Shown: positions 41,801 through 48,810 of the stretch, piece by piece
Layout of the letters: every line of letters starts with the position of its first letter
Numbering within the stretch: the first letter of the stretch is position 1
Source: an uncultured Verrucomicrobiae bacterium
Lineage (GTDB): Bacteria; Verrucomicrobiota; Verrucomicrobiia; Limisphaerales; Palsa-1400
Direction: 5' to 3'
Length of the DNA: 64,000 bases
Assembly: GCA_963707025.1 (NCBI GenBank)
Contig: CAVPOM010000004.1
Location: 512,001-576,000, forward strand
The notes under the pieces: generated by a model
Told to the model about the DNA's origin: nothing
The model's database searches: none
The model's input: only the letters and a program-made list of their open reading frames with translations
Position numbers and translations under genes: made by a program

Positions 41801-44800
41801 CCAGGGTGGCGGCGCTGCTCAGGCCGATGTGACCGCTGCTGCCCACCCCGTCAATGCCGATGGCCCAGGCGCCGCCAGTCTGGCTGAAGGCGTTGTTGAA
41901 ATTCATCGTGCCGCTCTCGGCGTCCACGACGCCTGTGCCAATGTACTGCACACTGATCGGGCTGGCGCCCGTGGTTCCCCATTTGCGCAGGAGTCCGGCG
42001 TTGTTGATGAATTCGCCTCCCGTATAATCACCCAAGCTCTGGTCGCATTGGATATTAATCGCCGCCCCCGCCTGATTATACAGGCCGTAGTAGTAGAACG
42101 TCCAAGGGCCGGCGGTCCAATTGATCGTTCCGGAGTTGGTCACCCAATTCTGCAAGCCCTTGTTGCTGGAACCGGTGAGGGTGAGCACGGCGTTGCTCGG
42201 GATCATCAGCGGCGTGTAGAGCCTGCCCCCGTTCCAGTTGGCGGTCGCTCCCGGATTCAGGGTCAGCGCCGCGTTGACGTTGCCATTCCAACTCACTGTG
42301 GCGTTGCTCAGAACGGTCAACGGCCCGTTGATATTGCCGTTGAGGGTCAGGGTTCCCGAAACGGCGTTGCTGCCAATCAGATTCTGCCCGTTGAGGGTGA
42401 GGTTGGTGATGGTGCCGCCCTGGAAGTTGGTGCTGAGGGCAATCGTGCCGCCGCTCATCTGAAGATTGGGAATCGTGTTGCTGAGCAGCGTCAATGTGCC
42501 CCCAGTCATATAAAAACTGCCCGCGCCGTCGAACAGCAGGGGAGGGGTAATGGTGAAGCTGCCCCCGCTCAGATACAAAGCGCTTCCGCCGGCAATGCTG
42601 TACGGGCCGGACAAAACCGCGCCGCCGTTGAAATTGATGACGGTCCCGGCTGCGCCCAGAAACGTCCCCGAGGGATTCTGCACCAAATTGTAGAAAGTGA
42701 AGTTCCCGGATTCCAAGTCAACGGTGGCGGTGTTGTAAATCTGCACGCTAATGCCGCTCGTGCCTGTGGTTCCCCATTTGCGCAGGAGTCCGGCGTTGTT
42801 GATGAATTCGTTGCCCGAATAATCACCCAGGCTCTGATCGCACTGGATATTAATCGCCGCCCCCGCCTGATTATACAGGCCGTAGTAGTAAAACGTCCAA
42901 GGGCCGGCGTTCCAATTGATCGTTCCAGAGTTGGTCACCCAATTCTGCAAGCCCTTGTTGCCGGAACCGGCGAGGGTGAGCACGACGTTGCTCGGGATCG
43001 TCAGCGGCGTGTAGAGCCTGCCTCCGTACCAGTTGGCGGTCGCTCCCGGATTCAGGGTCAACGCCGCGTTGACGTCGCCATTCCAATTCAAGGTGGCGTT
43101 GCTCAAGACGGTCAACGCGCCGTTGATATTGCCGTTGATGGTCAGCGTTCCGGAAACCGTGCAGGCGCTGGCCAGGTTCAGGCCGTTGAGGGTGAGGTTG
43201 GTGATGGTGCCGCCTTGGAAGTCGGTGCTCAGCGCAATCGTGCCGCCGCTCATTTGCAGATTGGGAATGGGGTTGGTCAGCAGCGTCAGCGTGCCGCCTG
43301 TCATGAGATAATTGCCCGCGCCATTGAACAGCAGGGGTGGGCTGATCGTGAAGGTCCCAGCGCCCAAATTCAACGTGCCGCCGGCAGCTATGGTGTAAGG
43401 GCCGGACAAAACCGCGCCGCCGTTGAAATTCATGACGGTTCCGGCTGCGCCCAGAAAAGTCCCCGAGGGATTTTGAACCGAATTGTTGAAGATGAGGTTC
43501 CCGGATTCCAAATCAATCGTGCCGGTGTTGTAAATCTGCACGCTGATGGAACTGGTGCCGGTATAGGGCGCTCCGAAGGTGGCCAACTTCTGGAGGGTGC
43601 CGGCGTTGTTGATGAATTCGCTGCCCGAATAATCACCCAGGCTCTGATCGCACTGGATATTAATCGCCGCCCCCGCCTGATTATACAGGCCGTAGTAGTA
43701 AAACGTCCAAGGGCCGGCGTTCCAATTGATCGTTCCGGAGTTGGTCACCCAATTCTGCAAGCCCTTGTTGCCGGAACCGGCGAGGGTGAGCACGGCGTTG
43801 CTCGGGATCATCAGCGGCGTGTAGAGCCTGCCTCCGTACCAGTTGGCGGTCGCTCCTGGATTCAGGGTCAACGCCGCGTTGACGTCGCCATTCCAATTCA
43901 AGGTGGCGTTGCTCAAGACGGTCAACGCGCCGTTGATATTGCCGTTGATGGTCAGCGTTCCGGAAACCGTGCAGGCGCTGGCCAGGTTCAGGCCGTTGAG
44001 GGTGAGGTTGGTGATGGTGCCGCCTTGGAAGTCGGTGCTCAGCGCAATCGTGCCGCCGCTCATTTGCAGATTGGGCACGGTGTTGCTGATTAAAGTCAGC
44101 GTGCCCCCGGTCATCGCATAACTCCCAGGGCCGCCGAGGGAGAATGGAGGAACTTGGGTAAAGGTGCCGCCGGTCAGGTTGATGTTGGCTCCAAAGCCGG
44201 CGGTGAACGACCCGCCGAGCACCCCGCCATTTCCCAAATTGATGGCCGTGCCGTTGGCCGCGGACATGGTTCCTCCGAAACTGCCGTAGCCGAAATTGAT
44301 CGTGCCGCTGAGGACGCTGACCGTTCCGGTGGTGGTGAAGTTGACACCGATGGTGGTTGTGCCCGTGCTCAGGGACTTGCGGATCAGGCCCGCATTGATG
44401 ACGAACTCGCTGCCGTTATATCGAGGCATGCTCTGGTTGCACTGCACGTCAATCACGCCGCCGGCCAGATTGTTGATGGAGCCATCAGTCGCTCCGTTGT
44501 CGTTGCGCAGGTTCCAATTCCCCGAGCCGTTCCAAAGGATGTGCCCGGCGTTGGTCAGGGCGGCATATTGAATGACGTCAACCGAGCCACTGACATTGAG
44601 AGTGCCGCTGCTCGCAATGTTCAGCGCGCCCACGAGAGTACCGGCCAGCCAGTTCAGAGTTCCGGTCACGGTGTAGGCGCCGGACAAGCTGCTGCCGTTG
44701 AGGGTTAGATTGGTAATGACGCCGCCTTGGAACACGGGCGACAGCAAGACGGTGCCCCCGTCCAGAGGCAGGTTGGGAACCACATCATTGTTCAGAGTCA

Positions 44801-47105
44801 GGGTGCCGCCGTTGAAGACGGCCTGTCCTGCGCCATCGAAAATGACATCCGGGCCGTAGGTGAACGTGCCGCCGCTCAAATAGATGTTCGCACCCGCAGC
44901 CGCCGTGTTGGTCCCGTCAAAATAGCCGCCTGCTGAAAAATAGAGCGCCGTGCCGGGGCCGGCCTGAAAGTCGCCGTCAAAAATACCCCCGCCATTCAAA
45001 TTCAAAGTGCCGCTTTGCACGTTGACGGTGCCAGTGTTGTTGAACGCGACGCCGGTAAAAGTCGTCGTCCCGGTGGTGGGCGATTTGGTGAAGACGCCGT
45101 TGTTGTAGAAATTGGGCGTTCCGCCAAAGGCGTTGTTGATGGGATCGTCCGTTTGCGCCAGCCAGGTGCCGTTGTTGGTGAAAATCGTTCCTCCATTGCC
45201 CCGGATCGGGCCTCCGTCCCACATCACCGTGCCACTGTTGACGAAGGTTGAGGCTGGGAAGTCCTTGTTGTTGCCGCCGACCAGATTCAGGACGGCGCCC
45301 GGGGCCACGGTCAACAGCCCGCCATTCATGGAAAGATTGGTCACGTAGCAACTGGCCCCCGCCGCAATGGTCAACCCGCCGCTCACCGTCCCGCTGAAAT
45401 TGAAGGTTCCGGTCACGGTGTAAGTCCCCGAGAGGGTTGCTCCCGTCATCGTCAAGTTGGTGATGGCGCCGCCCTGGAAATTCGGCCCCAGCGTGATGGT
45501 CCCGCCATGAATCGGCACATTGGGGATGGTGTTGTTGGTCAGCGTCAGGCTGCCTCCCGTGATCGAACTGCTTCCCGCGCCCGTGAAAATGACATCCGGG
45601 CCGTAGGTGAACGTGCCGCCGCTCAAATAGATGTTCGCACCCGCAGCCGCCGTGTTGGTCCCGTCAAAATAGCCGCCTGCTGAAAAATAGAGCGCCGTGC
45701 CGGGGCCGGCCTGAAACTCGCCGTCAAAAATACCCCCGCCATTCAAATTCAAAGTGCCGCTTTGCACATTGACGGTGCCGGTGTTGTTGAACGCGGCGCC
45801 GGTAAAAGTCGTCGTCCCAGTGGTGGGTGATTTGGTGAAGACGCCGTTGTTGTAGAAATTGGGCGTTCCGCCAAAGGCGTTGTTGATGGGATCGTCCGTT
45901 TGCGCCAGCCAGGTGCCGTTGTTGGTGAAAATCGTTCCTCCATTGCCCCGGATCGGGCCTCCGTCCCACATCACCGTGCCATTGTTGACGAAGGTCGAGC
46001 CTGGGAAGTCCTTGCTGTTGCCGCCAACCAGATTCAGGACGGCGCCCGGGGCCACGGTCAACAGCCCGCCATTCATGGAAAGATTGGTCACGTAGCAACT
46101 GGCCCCCGCCGCAATGGTCAACCCGCCGCTCACCGTCCCGCTGAAATTGAAGGTTCCGGTCACGGTGTAAGTCCCCGAGAGGGTTGCTCCCGTCATCGTC
46201 AAGTTGGTGATGGCGCCGCCCTGGAAATTCGGCCCCAGCGTGATGGTCCCGCCATGAATCGGCACATTGGGGATGGTGTTGTTGGTCAACGTCAGGCTGC
46301 CGCTTGTCATCGAACTGTTTCCCGCGCCCGTGAAACTGACATCCGGGCCGTAGGTGAACGTGCCGCCGCTCAAATAGATGTTCGCACCCGCAGCCGCCGT
46401 GTTGGTCCCGTCAAAATAGCCGCCTGCTGAAAAATAGAGCGCCGTGCCGGGACCGGCCTGAAAGTCGCCGTCAAAAATACCCCCGCCATTCAAATTCAAA
46501 GTGCCGCTTTGCACATTGACGGTGCCGGTGTTGTTGAACGCGGCGCCGGTAAAAGTCGTCGTCCCAGTGGTGGGTGATTTGGTGAAGACGCCGTTGTTGT
46601 AGAAATTGGGCGTTCCGCCAAAGGCGTTGTTGATGGGATCGTCCGTTTGCGCCAGCCAGGTGCCGTTGTTGGTGATGATCGCGCCCGAATTGCCCCGGAT
46701 TTGGCCGCCGGTCCACACCGCGGCGCCATTGTTGATGATCGTGCCGCCCGGCATGTCCAGGACGTTTCCAGGGCGGTTCAAGTTGAGCGTGGCGTTGGTG
46801 CTGATCGTCAGCGTGCCCGCCACCACGCCGCCGGTCCAATTGAATGCGTTGGAAACGATCAGACCGGCGGAAGCGTTCATGGTGCCTCCGCTCAGGCTCA
46901 CCGTTCCGACATTGGTGGCGCTTCCGACCAGCGCGGTGCCGCTGCTGATAATCGCGGTATCGGCGCCACCGGGGACGCCGTGGGGATTCCAATTATTGGT
47001 GTTAAACCAGTCGGTCGAAATCGCGCCTGTCCAAGTGAAGGTTGCGCCATGCGCCGGGCTGCTGAGCACGACGGCCAGCAAAAACATTTTGCGGACGACA
47101 TTCAT
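29838..47105 (-). CDS. Giant (5755 aa) secreted adhesin-like protein with C-terminal Hint domain
   Basis: Signal peptide (AHG/A); G/N/T-rich beta-helix-like repeats, Ig-like, DUF642-like (VQNGSFE), divergent B-repeats, FN3 repeats; hydrophobic segment; Hint. Confidence 0.85.
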   Translation of the reverse strand: MNVVRKMFLLAVVLSSPAHGATFTWTGAISTDWFNTNNWNPHGVPGGADTAIISSGTALVGSATNVGTVSLSGGTMNASAGLIVSNAFNWTGGVVAGTLTISTNATLNLNRPGNVLDMPGGTIINNGAAVWTGGQIRGNSGAIITNNGTWLAQTDDPINNAFGGTPNFYNNGVFTKSPTTGTTTFTGAAFNNTGTVNVQSGTLNLNGGGIFDGDFQAGPGTALYFSAGGYFDGTNTAAAGANIYLSGGTFTYGPDVSFTGAGNSSMTSGSLTLTNNTIPNVPIHGGTITLGPNFQGGAITNLTMTGATLSGTYTVTGTFNFSGTVSGGLTIAAGASCYVTNLSMNGGLLTVAPGAVLNLVGGNSKDFPGSTFVNNGTVMWDGGPIRGNGGTIFTNNGTWLAQTDDPINNAFGGTPNFYNNGVFTKSPTTGTTTFTGAAFNNTGTVNVQSGTLNLNGGGIFDGEFQAGPGTALYFSAGGYFDGTNTAAAGANIYLSGGTFTYGPDVIFTGAGSSSITGGSLTLTNNTIPNVPIHGGTITLGPNFQGGAITNLTMTGATLSGTYTVTGTFNFSGTVSGGLTIAAGASCYVTNLSMNGGLLTVAPGAVLNLVGGNNKDFPASTFVNSGTVMWDGGPIRGNGGTIFTNNGTWLAQTDDPINNAFGGTPNFYNNGVFTKSPTTGTTTFTGVAFNNTGTVNVQSGTLNLNGGGIFDGDFQAGPGTALYFSAGGYFDGTNTAAAGANIYLSGGTFTYGPDVIFDGAGQAVFNGGTLTLNNDVVPNLPLDGGTVLLSPVFQGGVITNLTLNGSSLSGAYTVTGTLNWLAGTLVGALNIASSGTLNVSGSVDVIQYAALTNAGHILWNGSGNWNLRNDNGATDGSINNLAGGVIDVQCNQSMPRYNGSEFVINAGLIRKSLSTGTTTIGVNFTTTGTVSVLSGTINFGYGSFGGTMSAANGTAINLGNGGVLGGSFTAGFGANINLTGGTFTQVPPFSLGGPGSYAMTGGTLTLISNTVPNLQMSGGTIALSTDFQGGTITNLTLNGLNLASACTVSGTLTINGNINGALTVLSNATLNWNGDVNAALTLNPGATANWYGGRLYTPLMIPSNAVLTLAGSGNKGLQNWVTNSGTINWNAGPWTFYYYGLYNQAGAAINIQCDQSLGDYSGSEFINNAGTLQKLATFGAPYTGTSSISVQIYNTGTIDLESGNLIFNNSVQNPSGTFLGAAGTVMNFNGGAVLSGPYTIAAGGTLNLGAGTFTISPPLLFNGAGNYLMTGGTLTLLTNPIPNLQMSGGTIALSTDFQGGTITNLTLNGLNLASACTVSGTLTINGNINGALTVLSNATLNWNGDVNAALTLNPGATANWYGGRLYTPLTIPSNVVLTLAGSGNKGLQNWVTNSGTINWNAGPWTFYYYGLYNQAGAAINIQCDQSLGDYSGNEFINNAGLLRKWGTTGTSGISVQIYNTATVDLESGNFTFYNLVQNPSGTFLGAAGTVINFNGGAVLSGPYSIAGGSALYLSGGSFTITPPLLFDGAGSFYMTGGTLTLLSNTIPNLQMSGGTIALSTNFQGGTITNLTLNGQNLIGSNAVSGTLTLNGNINGPLTVLSNATVSWNGNVNAALTLNPGATANWNGGRLYTPLMIPSNAVLTLTGSSNKGLQNWVTNSGTINWTAGPWTFYYYGLYNQAGAAINIQCDQSLGDYTGGEFINNAGLLRKWGTTGASPISVQYIGTGVVDAESGTMNFNNAFSQTGGAWAIGIDGVGSSGHIGLSSAATLAGTLNVNLDNNYVLGLSNTFNIISYPSHSGTFSTTNLPADGASWQLTYGASAVTLLITNLLGPAISITSPTNNQKFAIPVNIPIATTVSDTNAAIAAVQFYQGTNLIGQALSSPYNFTWNSVSPGIYTLSAWAIDAAGAVATSAPVNITVYSDQAQTTNYTWTGAVSSDWFTPGNWSPNGVPGVLDNVTIANGGAVNIGGSATVNNIHFSSGTLQGPGVLSATNAFTWTGGTVAGLLTIPATAALNISGNVSLSGGTLVNLGTVLWTGGSLSGNAATVITNSGLWLAEAANQISLNGGSFVNNSILRTLNNGGATFLNSLSFVNNGTVDAQAGPVYFNSGGTLGGTYNTAAGSYIYFNGGAFTLGALPAFTGSGAGEFAGGTLTILNDIPPGFYLVHGTVVLGPAFQGGSITNLAIAGSTLSGTNTVTGTFNWTGGSLSGQLTVAPNGVLNLSGSDKDMSGSALINSGQVNWTGGNLNGNAASVVTNNNLWLVQCDNQIGFGNGAATFINNGVLRKSAATGTTTITGLAFVNNNTLDAQSGAFNLNSGGTLSGTYNTASGAFINFNGGSFVFNALPSITGAGTTRLTGGTLTLLNDLAPGLLLEGGTVVLGAAFQNAGAINNLTNLGATLSGNYTVTGAYTWGAGSLSGSLTVASNAVLNLVSGGNLNFPASSLTNFGAVFWNGATLVGNNGAVFDNNGLWLEESDDQIYNNGGSVTFINNSTFRKQGTYGTTTLNGSVAFQNSGFVDVETGAVNFAGGGLLGGTYNVAQFATLSLTGGGFSAGAPPLFEGPGASQFSGGTLTLLTDQIPNLLLAGGNLVLGPAFQNSGAITNLTLSGATLTGSNTVTGTLNWNAGGLNNNWLTIASNAVLNLATGSDKNMPGSVLVNNGTVLWTGGAVRGSGGTAITNNSLWLVQNDYQINSAYGGGNSSFVNNGTLSKTVTFGGTTFNNVSVLNSGGAFDIESGYLNFINSATYAQAGATLDFGLSGPNLAGQLFLPGNVNLDGTLGVNLLNGYTPAVGDVVALISYASESGVFATANLPPLSGGVNWDLNYGPASVTLQALAPPTLAAPLQISGLVTDTSNHPISGVTVFADMVGVSNLVQNGSFELPSIGTTPYTYYGLGSTSVTGWAVVGHAGADVDLVSLYWEGPAEDGNQFMDPAGHTGGGGVTQSFPTTPGTTYDLIFYHGSYSHYGRNSVLGVTIDTNYYTFGETSGGSGNLDWRRVQIEFTASTSLTPLTFLDLNPNEANNSFVDNVQVIIPGAASILQAITGADGSYQISVPNQSFQVGVTGLPAAGYNNVAPQTVAMNGANQAVNFTTTPVAGAQLFTIATAVNPAGGGTASSGGNYLQGATAVVTAAANTATLPYSFTGWTENGVLQSTSATYSFTVNRNRNLVANFALPLYAISVSNNPAAAGSILGAGSYIYGATSVLTAYPNIGYHFTNWTEGPTVVGTNLSLTNVVFADHSFVANYTEANVTHVVTTATSPPGVAAVAGGGTYANGQTANFSAPLAVTNPPYYYVFQQFTLSNTPASAQAAFGKTFSTLDPTNLQYVAVYGQFNVLPQVINITANFAGTVPATTNFLLTLRFDRSMASNISPIILLTNSAVVPQAVVATNGYWTTNALSNDTYHTPPVTFAAGMDGTVQLLVSGAQDVNGDFLVSTNPAQFVVDATAPPNPVLAVTATNSSSATVSWAGYAAPPDLAGFRVYIEGTNFSSVAALPVLTGLGSGARSFQFSGLALDTPYYVAIQALDMAGNSLAAVSPLAITIPSAVPPPVTVQESAVGGTSALLSWSGYNTSGLLGFAGFLVYYQQTNFTSVAGLNSRATLGPAATSFQVDGLDRTQTYYFAVAGFNAENNFNPAVATAEWSDPYAGNISVNTSIGGPGQRVVNIYQSMTVVSNATLTIQPGTTLFFAPGTSLTVQQGTLTANGTALAPVIFDSANDSPGLTPAAGDWAGVTLGSGAGGSSLSFVEILYGRGLTLNACAPSVQAFTASFNTTGLALRDGASLTSSNALVSGNGIGIEQSDTALLAMQNSVIQNNQTNAFAAGSLPMTAANNWWGTAVDAGVSASLAGNVTYNPFLNFEPLLTPALGASNGVTQVGTPSANVQLACRTAASMRLSEDFTFNGVFFVPFTNFATFPLSAGGGLKHVFAQYRSITGQTNAPLELDINYVTAGPVIHSFSLADGQTLNRPLTVTGSATAALGVLDIEFYLDNVLQITNAGGSFSYFFDLRSLSSAIHQVELLARDTAGNFATLSEDVIVAVTPPQAPVIASPAGDYVTNNPALTVSGTAEPEMSVQVSAGSQFLGTVTADAQGNFNLAGLTLAEGVNTIVAVASDSTGSASSVARHVTVETVAPAAVVLNQPVYTPGAGLNLTWSFAPSGKPPATFEVFWSLSPFASTNLATGHSVLLGLSSYTVQGVAPGTYYFGVVGFDAAGNPSPLSALVSAFYDPTPPALSIAYNQPSPAGVGPIGITLTSTKALASPPSLTFRPNGAASPVLLSLTNVALNTYQTVFVIASTTPSGTVSVMATAQDQVGNTFNGAPSGAPLTVDTTPPAGTIATAPAGPVQTVNNTSVSVGVTLTKPAASGTAPTLAFTPPAGSAVPVALAGTGINWSGTLALTPGMGSGFGQFALSAQDSVGNVGTNIIAGGRLELYNTSLPAPPAAPTKLLATSLAGGSIRLSWDAVSNAQIYRLYRESGSNFVVPYTLDLDGITSNYVVDLPPGDGLYSYGISASRLGSESAISNVVTATSDSTPPAAPVNVTVSLAPSGVRVAWQEPSGGETPDHYNVYRNGTRIQTLSIAGPVIDYPPRGTDSYIVSAVDAVGNENPSAPASIQLLVSPVNNLSVLSVLGQVPVLTWSSNDPTVAGFNVYRNGIKQNSVLLTATNYTDNLPMSDAITYGVTAVNVSAQEGPQRIVTVNPVAFGLLANAAGTGASNPLLTGYFDQFQAGITNLSGTASLPLARVIWNRAVPGADPLSVTQNLVATVSPGGNVQQSVIVAEAPVVATQTIQVSAVQQTDSEGSSVTYQSVFTLVNSQLPGTEVAISANQLPLAGGLTPFQVQVFNRGYVNMQFIVERASGNQPGDVYISVQNSLGQEVSRTPYQGTPPGTTFLPDGTAYVNVAPGASVQFTAPNVLVPAALVGTGNVTFEAVVGTNYSQIGTPAQLTSGPLFGSMVSGLAQTPYYGTAQTDKIIYTNDDAVLITGQAITRATGLPLPNAALNLGFATRGYRWHIPVTTDANGNYQYTYNPPPGFGGSLSLWAANPLVVDQLNQAQIFIFRVYSNPAQGDIKMSKNGTLNFSIALVNPGDVPLTGFTCSFSAYTLSGTTQVPLDKVTGTNLTAGGFMVLPGQNQTINLQMAAAIDAPDTAQIAFAFTSAEGALATFTGTVTLFPAVPVLAVTTPAQGYLEVSVNRGDQKSGQIIIANNGLTDLKGVTLTPPTNSWMQLNLAVAPDGTIHLPDLPQGQSNSLTVVFTPPSGTPLAFYSDSILVQGTNLNQPFPAGVYAIVTSSLTGGMQFYVDDIVGTTLVGAAIRLHNDLLQADLGPYYTDTNGLVTITNLEEGAWSWQASAPGCSASSGPMTIVADQTGYQHARLNRSLVTVNFTVVPVPFSDTYDISVTETYETFVPVPVLTVAPPFMRFNNVTPGFQANYNVTVGNQGLIQMENVNIKGSQDNLASYLPLITYMPVLLPQQSVDVPFTVTYWGPNGQTQQGAGDVLAGCLPDLGGFLGGIGDFIEGLNAIANAEGRCQKDNTLIALAGAAAIAMSTVQFAEGVADIVTAAPSAVASYIGCIIGTLLSNVGGVPGVSGVSPAPDPQQSNQAFQPTGNGCFAADTEVLMADGSWKPIAGIRPNDRVRSGERTDNIAVVVNNYSLQSANVHEIRLSGVNGAAARSVEATAEHLFWVDGRGWTAVSRLQPGDWLFNSQGERVRVAANLPMDQSMKVYTLRLGWDTSFYANDVLVHDLCGQTLPATAVSSASKTPEVGK
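29907..30311 (-). other. Hint (intein-like) autoprocessing domain, 135 aa
   Basis: G/CFAADTEVLMADG..KPI (block A), ATAEHLFWV (block B TxxH), VYTL...SFYANDVLVHD (blocks F/G). Confidence 0.9.
41973..44075. repeat. Intragenic tandem repeat, 795/810-bp units (~2.6 copies)
   Basis: Near-identical DNA at offsets 795 and 810 (e.g. 42076/42871/43681). Confidence 0.85.
44838..46675. repeat. Intragenic tandem repeat, 747-bp units (~2.5 copies)
   Basis: Near-identical DNA at offset 747 (e.g. 44977/45724/46471). Confidence 0.9.
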
Positions 47106-47433
47106 CGGACAACCACTTCACAGCCACTGCATCTTGCTTTGATTTTCAACCCGGCAACTCTGCGCGCCCACCCAAAATGCCATCAAAAATGGTGCAATGG
47201 TGAACTCAAGAATATCAGCATGCCTTTACATAGTCAAGGTTATTCTGATCGCACTGGGCTCAAGATTGTTTGCGGCCACGCTTCAAGTATTCAAATAGTA
47301 AACATTACGTGGTTGCGGAGACACCGTTGGAATCCAGATACGCACTCCATGGCCTGTTCATCGCGGGAAGCTGCTCATTGCGCGTGCAAATGTTCCGGGG
47401 AACCGCCCAACAACTGAGACCATTCTTGAGGGT

Positions 47434-48441
47434 TAGAGCATTTCCATAAATCATGTAGCGTAGCGGGCGTTTAAAAAGAAGCCCCGGCAATCGGCGGTGG
47501 AGATGGCTTCAAAGGCAATCTTCGCCGCTTGGAGCAGTTCCTTGGCGGTTCGCGGCGCGAGACCTCGCATAATTTGTTTGACCTTGCTCCACATATTTTC
47601 GATGGGATTAAAGTCTGGCGAATAGGGCGGCAGATACAGCAGCGTTGCCCCGGCCTCTTCGATGGCTTGGCGGACTCCGGTCACCTTATGCGTGGCCAAG
47701 TTGTCCATGATGACCAAGTCACCCTTGCGCAACTCCACCACCAGCCCCTGCTGGATCCAGGCCAAAAACATTTCCCCGTCCATGGCCCCCTCAAAGAGGC
47801 AGGGGGCCGCAGGCCCGGCCAGACGAATGGCGCAGACCAGGGTGGTGGTCTGATAATGTCCCTGCGGGACGTGGGCCGCCAGTCTTCGGCCCACGGGTGA
47901 CCGCCCGCAAAAACGGGTCATCTTGGTGTTGGCCCCGCTTTCATCCACGAAGACCAGTCGGGCAGGTGGGTCACTTGCCAGACGCTCATGCCAATGGGCC
48001 CGCTTTTCGGCCACGTCCGGACGGTTCTGCTCGGCGGCGCAGAGCGTTTTTTTTATAGCTCAACCCCAGTTTGCGCAGCCACAAATCCACAGTGGAGGTC
48101 CCGAAAGGGCGGTCCAGACGCGCCCCCAACTCGGCCAACGTCGCGTCGGGCTGGGCCGCCACCAGCTTTTGCAGGCGAGCCTGGCGTCCGGCGTTCAGCA
48201 GCGTTTTGCGCCCGCACAAATGGGTTTGCGGCTGGAGCGTGCCGCGCTCTTGGAACTGCTGCCGGACCCGGCGCACCGCCGCCACGCAAAAGCCGAAAAA
48301 GTCCGCGATCTCGCGGGTGCTTTTGCCTTGTTCATAGAGTTGCAGGATGCGCTCGCGCGCAGACACGGGTATCGCTCGCATGGCTCAAGCCTGCCAGCCC
48401 TCTCGCCCCAGTCAAGCTATATCATTTATGGAAACGCTCTA
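47434..48441 (-). mobile_element. IS630-family insertion sequence
   Basis: 26-bp TIRs TAGAGCATTTCCATAAATCATGTAGC / TAGAGCGTTTCCATAAATGATATAGC (23/26), TA at both ends. Confidence 0.92.
47451..48381 (-). CDS. IS630 transposase, two ORFs joined by a -1 shift at the A8 run (48047-48054)
   Basis: HTH ORF 47986..48381; DDE ORF FVDESG, IMDNLATHK, YLPPYSPDFNPIE; the shift gives YKKTLCAAEQNRPDV. Confidence 0.9.
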
Positions 48442-48552
48442 GCGTTGACAGAATCTGTTAACCCACCTTGCGAAGCTCACGAAACCAGCCTCCGGCGCGG
48501 GTAACGTACCCGCTGCATCGCGGCGCGCGCTGCCGGACGCAAACCCGGACGC

Positions 48553-48810
48553 TCAGTTGGACGGCGGATCAGCCAGCGGGACAGTCCGATACAAGCGCCA
48601 CGGCGAGTTGGCAGCGTCGGGGTCGGCAAAGTCCATCGAGCCGTTGACCACCTGGTTGGTGCAGACCGGGGTCCAATGGATGGCATTGGTGGTGTAATCA
48701 ACGCGGAACCACGCTCCGTCCGGACCGCCCGCCGTCAAATGGAAGGAACGGTCGCCCAGCACCGCGGCCTGTGGAACAACCGCGCGAGATGGGGGGTCAA
48801 TGATGATGGG
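48553..48810 (-). pseudogene. Orphan 3' remnant of a secreted-protein gene (FYR-type C-terminal domain)
   Basis: DRSFHLTAGGPDGAWFRVDYTTNAIHW...DFADPDA...RLYRTVP, with no N-terminal part. Confidence 0.6.

Noticed and set aside
40611..44093. 1160-aa plus-strand ORF (also 30489..33404, 34755..36407 and similar)
   Set aside because: Antisense shadows of the giant gene caused by GC-biased codon usage; no recognisable domains
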